Positions 23,536 through 33,536 of a stretch of 64,000 nt of DNA are shown here, piece after piece. Positions within the stretch are counted from its first letter, which is position 1. Every line of letters begins with the position of its first letter. The stretch comes from Oopsacas minuta (lineage: Eukaryota > Animalia > Porifera). The stretch is from contig JAKMXF010000088.1 of assembly GCA_024704765.1 (NCBI GenBank), forward strand, positions 124,001 to 188,000. The letters run 5' to 3'. Made by a program: the position numbers and the translations under genes. The notes beneath the pieces were generated by a model. It made no database searches, was not told the origin of the DNA, and saw only the letters and a list, made by a program, of their open reading frames with translations.

Positions 23536-23710
23536 TTAAGGATATATGCTGTACTTAACATTAAGGATATATGCTGTACTTAACATTAAGGATATATGCT
23601 GTACTTAACATTAAGGATATATACTGTACTTAACATTAAGGATATATACTGTACTTAACATTAAGGATATATACTGTACTTAACATTAAGGATATATACT
23701 GTACTTAACA
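23536..23710. repeat. Tandem minisatellite, 7 x 25 bp
   Basis: Unit TTAAGGATATAT(G/A)CTGTACTTAACA; head-to-tail with no spacers. Confidence 0.95.
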
Positions 23711-23982
23711 TTGAATTCGTCTTAACGTCTTAGAATTAACTAATTTGAATATTATGGAGGTTCCCTCTGTCCGTGCTCGATATAACGGAAGTTGACTGTA
23801 CCACCGTATTTCACTGCATATCCAAGAACAAGTGCTTATTTTCATGTAAACGAAACCCCTAGCGTTTACTTTTTCTGATTCGCCCTTGATCAATATTCGA
23901 AATTAGAGAATCAAGTGTTTGGATATAATTATCTTATATTAACGCCTGATTCTCTATAGAATAAGACTTTTGTATCACGAGA

Positions 23983-24639
23983 ATGACTCACATTAAACCT
24001 AGTACAGTGTTAAGGCCTGAACATAGATCTAACAAAAGTGAACAAATACCGCCAGAAAAAACAACTCCTTATTATCTTGATGACAGTGATGAGGAAGAGG
24101 AAAAATTCCCAAACAAGCCCGTGCCCGTATACAAGTCTCCCAAATGGCTGGGAGAAGGTGTAGAAGAGCTACGCAAACTTCAACATAATAAGGGTTTCAG
24201 TTCTTATCCGAGGCAGGATAACGAAGAAGAGGAAAAGACCTCTTTACACAATCATCATCGACCTACAGAGCATCCTTACGATATCGGTTGGGATCAATTC
24301 GTTGGAGCTGTATCCCGTACTACTGAGCTAGTTGAACAGCGAATGAATAAATTGTTAGAAATGAAGGCAAAACCATTACGCAGAGAAATGGCAGAACTGT
24401 ATGGATTGTACAAACAAGTAGTGGTTGGAGATAATTATCATGAGAGACCGGATTGGGAAGATGAACCGGAGGAGAGGTATCTATGGGAATGTTGGTTCTG
24501 TCAAAAGAATTTATTTAAGCAAGAGGCTGAACGTAGATTTGTAATGATGGCTAATTTCATACTTAAGAAATACACTGGATGGGAGGCACCCCTAATAGTG
24601 CCCTCTCAGGAAGAGAGAAGGATTCTTGCTGCTTTCTAG
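23983..24639 (+). CDS. Acyl-CoA-binding (ACBP) domain protein with a long acidic/Pro-rich N-terminal extension
   Basis: C-terminal KP..REMAELYGLYKQVVVGDNYHERP...WECW...KQEAERRFV matches the ACBP fold pattern (YGxYKQAxVGD..P..WxAW..SKEEA..Y). Confidence 0.8.
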   Translation: MTHIKPSTVLRPEHRSNKSEQIPPEKTTPYYLDDSDEEEEKFPNKPVPVYKSPKWLGEGVEELRKLQHNKGFSSYPRQDNEEEEKTSLHNHHRPTEHPYDIGWDQFVGAVSRTTELVEQRMNKLLEMKAKPLRREMAELYGLYKQVVVGDNYHERPDWEDEPEERYLWECWFCQKNLFKQEAERRFVMMANFILKKYTGWEAPLIVPSQEERRILAAF

Positions 24640-25210
24640 TACTATGAGGTTATTGTGTAATGTTATTTTGTGGATTATTGTGGGATGTTTTATATTGCTA
24701 TTACAACATTAATCTTATGCATTTATTATAGCACGTTTACTCTTTAATAACTACTAGCACGCTTCGCTTGCTAGGTCGCTGCGCGATAGCTTAATGCCTC
24801 AGGTTAAATTAAGAATTAAACAAAAAATGTCTTAGTGCTTTTGGTCGCTACGCGATTACTAACCAAAAGCGAGATTTTATTATCCATGGTCCATTCAAAT
24901 TTCATTCAATGGCCTTCTGTGGTGACACTGGAGATGTTATGTCGCTTTTGGTTAGTAATCTCGGCTGCCGTGCCTCGGGTATTAATACCCTAAGAGATAG
25001 ATGGATTAATCAGAATTTTAGGTAAGGATGGTTTAACAAGCTTTATTTATGTAAAAGTGATACTGATTTCAAACAAGCAGTCTTAGTGACCTCACTTAAG
25101 ACAAATTTGCAATTTTGGGTAAATTATGACATTTTTTATCAAAACCTGACTAATACTCTCAAGTGATTTCCCTAAAGGCTGCAGGAGCGTAGCCAGGGGG
25201 GTGCGGGGGC

Positions 25211-25831
25211 CAGTGGCGGAACTACACACGTGCCTACCCGGGCCTGTACCGGTGTAAATGAGGATTGTGCCCAGGTACAGGCCCCGGTGAATGAAAATTG
25301 TGTCCTTGAGTTACTAAGATCTGATATAGGTGTGATTCTTATACTAGATTATTCTTAATTCGATATCTATACTAGAAATCAGACTGTATCACCTTGTGTT
25401 AATATTTAGCGTCATTACAGGCAATGCGTTAGTTTAATTGTTACCAACCCATATTGTATAATAACCAAGGAAGATATTATTTTGAATACACGTACTTAGA
25501 AAGCAATTCAGTGTTCTCACTTCTCGAGGTAAATTGGCCTTCTAACAATAGCTATTGATATTACAGCTCGATAAGTATTCTCCTTAATTATTTATGCTCC
25601 TATTTTCTTTTAACTTCGTTTCCACAATTCACTACAATGTCTAATCCCAATCTGGGTTACAGTTAGCCAAAAGATTGCTGGTTTGACCAGCATTTGCAAT
25701 CTATTTTGTATCATATTTTATATTTTGAATATTTCGTGCTTATTATTCGGATAGATTTAGGGTCAAATTTGGGGGTAACTATTGGATGTTGTGTTGTGCC
25801 CGGGGAAATACAATTCCTAGTTCCGCCACTG
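25211..25831. mobile_element. hAT MITE (621 bp) nested in a probable older hAT MITE (about 25182-26561)
   Basis: Perfect 14-bp TIR CAGTGGCGGAACTA; TSD GCGGGGGC/GCGGGAGC (7/8). The outer element has ends CAGGAGCGTAGCCAG / CTGGCGACGCCCCTG with only a partial TSD. Confidence 0.82.
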
Positions 25832-26036
25832 GCGGGAGCACCCCCCTTTTGAGCTAATGGCTTCATGGTTGGTATTCACTTTTTTTTAACCCGAAACCTT
25901 GCATATTTCTTGTGTGAATCAGAAGTAGTTATTTCTATGACAACCCCATTAGGCATTAGTATATGTTCATCGATAATCTTAGATTTGTATATACGTCGTA
26001 CACCAAGAATATCACATAATACGTACACATGACGAG

Positions 26037-26109
26037 ATATTAAAAAGTACCCAGCGCGTAGTTCAGCGCGTACTCAGCGCTAAACTACGCGCTGGGTACT
26101 TTTTAATAT
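26037..26109. repeat. Perfect 27-bp inverted repeat with a 19-nt loop
   Basis: ATATTAAAAAGTACCCAGCGCGTAGTT ... AACTACGCGCTGGGTACTTTTTAATAT. Confidence 0.93.
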
Positions 26110-26658
26110 ATGCATATTACATTTAGGCATAATTTGAATCTTCATATACATATCACATATGTCGATGCTGGTTATAACAAACTCGCGTTGTAAAAGGTCT
26201 ATCTATTCTTAATGAATCGTGTTCTTATACAGCCAACTGTGCAGTATTACCAGATTGTACAGTAGTGTTATTGGTTTAACTGCTTATGATTTTACGATAT
26301 TTCCTGTATAAGCGCTACAGGTGCTTTCTTAATCCGTAAGATTTGCTCAAAATAGAAATTAGCGATAATTATTGACTTGTATCAATAATTATTTATATAT
26401 TACTAATATTGTAAATATTCAACTTAATACTACTACTAGAATTGAATACTAAATACAATAAAATTAATTATTTGTCCGATAGCAAACTCATATATTGAGA
26501 GGAATATTCTGGGAGGTACCTGATTAGCACCCCCCTTTTCAAACGTCTGGCGACGCCCCTGAAAGGATTCATAAAATGGTTTTAGGTGAGATTACAAAGG
26601 TTCACACTTCAAAACTCTGTGCCTAATAAATCAGATGTCAGAAAAATCAGTTGTTAGT

Positions 26659-26820
26659 AGTAGAGAAAGTAAGCTCAGTAGAGTAAGTAAGCTCAGTAGA
26701 GTAAGTAAGCTCAGTAGAGAAAGTAAGCTCAGTAGAGAAAGTAAGCTCAGTAGAGAAAGTAAGCTCAGTAGAGTAAGTAAGCTCAGTAGAGAAAGTAAGC
26801 TCAGTAGAGAAAGTAAGCTG
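26659..26820. repeat. Tandem minisatellite, 9 x 18 bp
   Basis: Unit AGTAGAG(A/T)AAGTAAGCTC; it generates the repetitive ORF (SR[E/V]SKL)9. Confidence 0.95.
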
Positions 26821-27471
26821 AAATTTTAAATGCTTCGTAAAAATTCTGGATTGTTGGATTGGGTCTTTGGGATCCTTTTCTACTTGCTGAATTGCATTTT
26901 GATCGGATTAGTTAGGTATATAGTTGATGTCGACCATGATTGTTCCACTTCCGGACCAGTTATGGTTGACCATAACTAGTCGCCAGACCAGTTATTACAT
27001 TGTTAGAGAAAAGGTTCTCCAATATATTCAGGTGATTACACAAACACAGGGGAATTTTGTACAGATGACGAAAATCGGCATCAAATTTTGATTTAAGCTT
27101 CATTCTGGAAGTTATGTAAATTTTTACACTTTTCTGGTTTATCTGCTGACCATAAATTTCCCTTGTCGGACTTTTTGTATGTATTCTCGTTCTGTCGAAA
27201 ATATTATAAGCTATTGTTACAGTTTCTCAAATTCAAATCAAAGATGCACTCTTCTAAAGAGACATGTCTGAAATTCTTTCTATTCTAAAGACCAACTAGT
27301 TCTATAACCAATATAGTTCATTGTAAAGCTTCAAATGTATTATAATTGATGAAATCCCAAAGAACAGTGAACAATTTCCTATAAAACACTATTTAATCTA
27401 TACTATAGATTCTATACTATAAAGTAGAGAATAATTCATGGGATAATGTAGATTAGTTGAGAGACAAGTGC

Positions 27472-29232
27472 TCATATATCTCTAAATCTATTCTCTAACA
27501 AATGTTTTATTTCTAATAATGAAAGTTCTAGCATCGAAGCAAATCTATTAGAAGTTTTGAATTCCAAAGATTTGAGGACAGTATTGATTGAAAATAATAT
27601 AGAATTCTTCTTCGGATGAAAATATATATAGTGTCCACTTTCATAAGTTGGGATGCCTGTAGATATAGCTGGTTCCTGAGTATCTGAATATATAACCACC
27701 ACCTTAGGTTTTGAGAAACATTTCCAAAATCGGATAAGGAAGAAATCGCTAAAAATAAATTCGTGTTCTATTATCCAATTCAGAGCCATTAAACCTCTGA
27801 AGTAATGGTTTAGATGAGATGCATCGGCTATGAGGCTGTGATGTTTTTGAATAGCTTTTTCCAAGCGCTCCCATTTCACTTCCATGATAATGTTTTTATT
27901 TTCCATTGCTTCAACGAATTTTCTATTCTCACATGTAACTATATGAGGATGTTCCTTCCGTCCACTTCTGTAGCGCCTTAGCGACACAGGCTGACACATA
28001 GAATCCAATTGATTGTAAAGTTTATAGTAAGCCAGTACAATAGCTTGTTGTACCAAACCATTTGCGTGTAAGTCATATTTTTGTAAATATTCAAGTCCAA
28101 AATCCGTGAATTCAAATACATGGTTATCCAAATTTGGCCACCAATTAATAAGCTTATTTTTTCCTCTTTCAATATTCATTTTTGTTGTATTTGAAAGATC
28201 CCAATTAATAATTTTTACATCAGAATTCTGACATTTTTGAGAAGATTGTTCTTTGGAGTCTTCTATAACAACCTCTTTAGGCTGAGGAATAATAGCTCCG
28301 TCATATATCGACTGTTCAGTTATCCAGGTGAAATAGCCATCTTTACGGAATACGCACTGTAACCCCAAATCATACCATCGATTGAAATTTTTAAAATCAT
28401 ATCTATGGTCTCCTAGTGTAGTTTGGGTAAAAACGTTATTTGGTTTTGGATAAGTTTCATCAATACACAAACCAAACAAACTCTGTTCAATAATGCTTAG
28501 AGACTGTTTGTTGATTGAAGATCGTGACATTTCTTCTCTGATACAAAACCAATTATCACGATCCATTGCAGTTAATGTACCCACGGGCTCTGGTTGAGCA
28601 TCTTCATCTTTTGAATGAGATATTATCTTCTTTAACAGCTCTTTGATTTCATTTCTTGGATATGGGCGCCCTTCCTTGTTGTCATATACTCTCATTTGAA
28701 ACATTCGTCCCTCAACCATAACGATGATATATTTACTGTAGCTTGTAGAATGCCAATTATCTATTTTTGGTAGAGATCTCCTGTGTACCCCCATGATACG
28801 TTTATATTGCTCCATACACTGAGGCATGTCACCAACATAATCTTGTGGTACCCGTTCCTGTCGTACATCCTCCCAGAAGTTAATAATAGTAGATATGTAT
28901 TGGGAAATTGCAGTTAGCATTTGATCAGTTGTAGACCAATTCAATTTATTTACTGATCCTCTTGTTTCGTTTGTGTAAAGTAAAGATATTCTGTTTTCAA
29001 GGAAACTCTGATTTACCCAAATCTTAGCTGCCCAATTAGTATTACTTTCAGAATGTTCCATCAATACGTTCTGGAAATAGATTCCTTCCATTCTGGCAAA
29101 TATTCTTGTATAATATACTATTTCTGAGTATGTAGTGAACTTGTACTGTGCCTTCATAACTTCCAAATATCGCTCTATTGTGTTATCAAGTTTTGGTACC
29201 ATAATCCTGGGGAGTTTCTGATATATTGACAT
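27472..29232 (-). CDS. Choline/carnitine O-acyltransferase family protein, catalytic His replaced by Gln; single exon
   Basis: LPRIMVPKLDNTIERYLE, NWAAKIW, GTLTAMDRDNW, NRWYDLGLQCVF and LQQAIVLAYYKLY; EQSIYDG where the family has EHSxxDG. Confidence 0.88.
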   Translation of the reverse strand: MSIYQKLPRIMVPKLDNTIERYLEVMKAQYKFTTYSEIVYYTRIFARMEGIYFQNVLMEHSESNTNWAAKIWVNQSFLENRISLLYTNETRGSVNKLNWSTTDQMLTAISQYISTIINFWEDVRQERVPQDYVGDMPQCMEQYKRIMGVHRRSLPKIDNWHSTSYSKYIIVMVEGRMFQMRVYDNKEGRPYPRNEIKELLKKIISHSKDEDAQPEPVGTLTAMDRDNWFCIREEMSRSSINKQSLSIIEQSLFGLCIDETYPKPNNVFTQTTLGDHRYDFKNFNRWYDLGLQCVFRKDGYFTWITEQSIYDGAIIPQPKEVVIEDSKEQSSQKCQNSDVKIINWDLSNTTKMNIERGKNKLINWWPNLDNHVFEFTDFGLEYLQKYDLHANGLVQQAIVLAYYKLYNQLDSMCQPVSLRRYRSGRKEHPHIVTCENRKFVEAMENKNIIMEVKWERLEKAIQKHHSLIADASHLNHYFRGLMALNWIIEHEFIFSDFFLIRFWKCFSKPKVVVIYSDTQEPAISTGIPTYESGHYIYFHPKKNSILFSINTVLKSLEFKTSNRFASMLELSLLEIKHLLENRFRDI

Positions 29233-29851
29233 GACACTAAAATACTAGAAATGTATATTTAGGGTTTTAGACCTACCCTCGTAGTTTTGAATTATTGGAA
29301 ATAACGTTATAATTCTGTTCAGGAATAGTAGAACTTGTTATTTTCGTCAACATTTGTTTCTACAACATCATGCATCATCCTAGTTATTTGGATAAGTCAG
29401 AGAAAATTATACTGCAAATTACCCTCAGAATTGCATTTTTGTAAGTATGTTGGTAAAAATAACAAAATCAACTATTTTGACAGGATACTAATGTTATTTC
29501 AAATTATTTCAATTATTTGATTGGTTAGGTCTAACGTTAATTATTGATAGATAGGGTGTACCGGATATACCTATATTAACGCTGACTATGGGCTCAACTA
29601 GGCTCCTGAGTCTGGGTGGGTAAAGATTACGTCATACCCACCCATCCTACACGTTATGGTTAGTGAACTACCGAATTCGAATTTCGGTATTTCGGTCACA
29701 ATTTCAAGGCAATATAAATATTGTTATCTTCAGCATCACACTCATACTAATATTATATTAGTAATCAAGTTACCTTTTCGGAATCTCAATGCCTCAATAA
29801 TTTTTGTACATTACAAAATTTGCGTATACAGATTTCTTATCGACTGCATTA

Positions 29852-30406
29852 CCGGGTGACCCATAAATACTGTTACTCATTTTCCATGCCATAATTTCAA
29901 TAATATTTTAGATGCAACTTAGAAATTTTCAAATTATTGCAATAATACAGCAATGACGTACTAGTCGCCTCATCGATTCCTTGCTGGTTTTCATTTGTTT
30001 TGCCATTTTTCGCATACTCCTGGCCGGATTTCGCCTGATCTGACGAATGACGTTCTTCCGCATAGCAACAGTCCTCACAGACCTCGGCCGTCCAGGCCTA
30101 TGCTTATCAGTAATGCTTTTAGTATCGGCGTAACGTTTTAGAGTGCGAGAGATAAACATTTTGCCTTCCTTAAGCAAATAGGCAATCTGACTCCGAGACT
30201 TTCCAGAGGTAAATAACTCAATTACTGCTGCTCTTCTAGACTGCATGAGCGTAGAAATGTTTTCTTCCCCAAAACGCGTAAAACATATGCTAAATCAATA
30301 GAATCATAGTAGATTAATAATTGTAAATCAAATTATCCACTATTCAAGTACTAGATTTAAAATGTGGGTCGTGTATAATTGGTAACAGTATTTATGGGTC
30401 ACCCTG
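29852..30406 (-). mobile_element. Internally deleted Tc1/mariner element (555 bp) retaining the N-terminal HTH of the transposase (29929-30246)
   Basis: TIR C(C/A)GGGTGACCCATAAATACTGTTAC with TA flanks; ORF motif KHRPGRPRSVRT...IRRNPARSMRKMAKQM. Confidence 0.9.
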
Positions 30407-30929
30407 TATATTCATAAGTACCAAAAAAAACAAATATTTGTTGAAAACCGAAATTTCGGTCGTTCATTAATTATAATGGAGCCGAATCTAATTGGGCACT
30501 CAAGTTCCAGTATCGGCACCAGCTTGCTGGGTCTTCAAAATAGACAACGAACGTCCAAAGTCTGAGGAGACCAGACCCAGGGACGGGTGCAGGGAGTGCC
30601 CATAACTGATCAAATTTGGTGCTGCAAAAACTTAATGCCTTCACTAGACATTAACGAGTAAATATACATAAAATCGCCGTTTTGTCGGATATCAGGGCGA
30701 TACCGTCTTGATTGCATTTTTGAGTAGTAATAGATAGTTCAAAGCTCTGTGGAAAAATTAAGAGCTCAATCCCAAGTAATTTCTGAAATTTTTCGATTTA
30801 GTGGAACGAACCTTAGAAATCTGGGGCGTACTGCTTAGGGACGAGACAACAAGCACTCGTTTTGGGTCCCTGTCAAAGAATAATCCATGATATTTCCAAG
30901 ATTCTCATAAATATATTTACTCTAAATTT

Positions 30930-32742
30930 CGACACACCAAACTTGTACTGCAAGTTTTGCAGAATTAAAAGATTTAGAACTTGTCCGATCAGGGTTTCCT
31001 ATCAACAGGACGATAACTTCAGCAAAGGAAATATTCTCTATTGTGGACACAGAAAATTATTTATTACTACCTTCGAAAGATCGTTGTGGTTTAACACACG
31101 AACCCATATCTGAGATTGACATAATACCAGCATCTCCACTACATACCTACACTTATGTCTTTCGTTGGTTTATGCTTCTCATATACCACATGCGTTCAGG
31201 TACTTTTAAATGGTTGCCAACCTCTAGAGTGATAAAGGATTCAATGAAATTTACCCGGGAGTTCTTATGCGAGAAAACAGGGCTGAAAATCGATCAAGCA
31301 TCCAGTGATGGAGGAACAACTTCAACTGGAAATATGGCAAGACAGTGTTTTATCAATAAAATGACTTTATTTATTGGGTATCCACTTTGATTTCAGAAGA
31401 CATGAGAGAGCCAATTAATACTTTGCAAAGTAATCTATCAGTTCTATTGCGTATCTTCAACTGTAATCATGCAGTAGATACAGACAAACTGAATTCTCTT
31501 TGTAAGGACACCTACGAATCGATACTCTCTAACTTTCCTTGGGCAAATGTTACTCCATCTCTCCATCGTATACTTGCCCACTCCACTGAACTAATTCCAG
31601 ATTGTAATGGAGGATATGGATTAAACAATTTCTCTGAAGAAGCAGTGGAGGTTGCAATAAATTAATCCTAAAATAAGATATCGTAAACATCTTGCGAGGA
31701 AAATTTAATTCACAACAAACTCCAGAGATATATTTGTCTGTCTCTTTAGCTAAAACGATCCAGTTCTGATAGGTTTTCGCAATGTCCTTAAGTGTAAGGA
31801 GTGTGGAGGAATCGGACACACCTGCAAGCTGAAATGTACAAATTTGCTTCACCAGACTAACGATCAAGACATACTATTTAATTCTTTAATATTTGAGTGG
31901 CAACTTGCCTTCATTCTTCAACTTCCATACAAATAGTTTTCGAAAGCGCTCGAAGGCAAGGTACATTGAACCTTGTGGGGACCTTTGTCCTAGGCTATTC
32001 AGGCAACGCAATCCCAATCATGGCGAGCCCAGATAATGGAAACACGACCCGCAACGGCATATCCCCAGTGGCTAAAACGTTATGTAACTCTGATCCATCT
32101 GAAGTGTATTGCGGAAATGGCGACGCAACTAAAGAGTCCATACCAGGGCGAAACACTAGGATCGCAATAAGGCTACAATAGTTTTATCTAAATTTAAAGG
32201 ATAATTTACCGTCGGGTATTAAGAACACGCAAAACATCCAAGTTACCCTAAAATTTCAAAATTTCAATTTTTTTCGTTTCATACATAAATTGCTATTGCC
32301 GTAATAATATACAGCAAAAAGAAAGTTAAAGTGATAATCTAAACACTTTATACGCAATTTTAGTGTAAACTCTTTATCAAAATAACTGAAATAACACATA
32401 TTTCCGGAATTCGACTTTTATAATTTTGCCTACGTCATCTTAACAAGAATAATAGAAGCCATATAAAATACTCAATCTGGTCAATCTACTCTAAATAGTG
32501 ATTACCCATAAGTAAATAATAGATTTTATACCCTAACTCCAGCCTAGATATATTTACGCTGGTTTATATGTTTCGCCAATTGTGATTACGCCATCATAAC
32601 TCAAAAAATAGAAGCCATACCAAAAATATCTGCTGTCAATCAACTAGTTTATGCAATAACCCATTGATACATAATACATTCTATGCACTCTAAATGTACC
32701 CAAGACTCTAAAGCCTAAGGATAGCCATTTAAAGCCACTGTG
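30930..32742 (+). mobile_element. RAG1/Transib-superfamily transposon remnant: C-terminal about 300 aa of transposase (frameshifted) plus right end
   Basis: GLTHEPI...SPLH, GGTTSTGNMARQCF, PWANVTPSLHRILAH, FSEEAVEVA, RYRKHLARK...RDIF...DPVL and CKECGGIGHTCKLKC. The terminal CACTGTG (32736-32742) is the reverse complement of CACAGTG. Confidence 0.8.
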
Positions 32743-33536
32743 CACATCGTCCATGCCATTAGGGCATCTCCCTATAGATGCACTAAAAATATAGTCGGCA
32801 CAGTAATAACGCTATCGTATCATATCAAATTCTGCTTTGCTGTACTGATGAATGCAGCGATTACTTATTGAAACTATTATTACACTTACGTATTTTTGTG
32901 CAATGTAGCCAATATAAATACCTATACAACAAATCAAAAATGTTAGAATAACATAATGTATATGTATATCCTTTCATACTAGAATACCAATAATAATGGC
33001 TAACTAATATTCCATTTTATTTGTTGCCTGCTTATTATGAGCAGCTTAGTTTAATTTCTGACAATGTCTGGATTGTCATGTTGTAAGTCAGCCATTCTCA
33101 ACCAAATTCTCAGAGATATTCATAAAGATCAGACTGAGCTACAATTTTGCAATTTTGAGAATACAAAATCGTCGAAAATTTATTCGAGATAGTTAAGTAG
33201 TCATGCTGTGGTTGCGCCACAAGAATAGTGGCATCATATACATATATAATTACTTACACGAAGTGTCTAGCTGCCGACCTCTGACCCGAACTTAGAAATT
33301 CATACTACTAGGGTATTCTTAGATTTCACTTCCTACTGTCAAATTACTAATTACAGTGGAACCGTACCTGGTAACCCCTAGGAACACAATAATTATTGCT
33401 TACTAACCGAAGTACGTCTTATCCGAATATCCTCCATCACGATTTGTACAAGAAATTATATTTCGTTTTGGAGAAAAGTACAAAGTTCTACTGTAATATT
33501 ATTATTATTATTGGATAAATTAGAAATACAGCAGCA

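Noticed and set aside
23536-23710. CRISPR-like array (25-bp repeats)
   Set aside because: The units are contiguous with no unique spacers, there are no cas genes, and the context is eukaryotic.
26659-26820. CRISPR array or peroxisomal SKL peptide
   Set aside because: Head-to-tail 18-mers without spacers; SKL is never C-terminal (the frame ends KLKF).
31860-32740. Convergent RAG2-like gene and a full 12/23 RSS
   Set aside because: Manual translation of the minus strand gives only short frames with no kelch or PHD pattern; no ACAAAAACC-like nonamer lies 12 or 23 bp from the heptamer.
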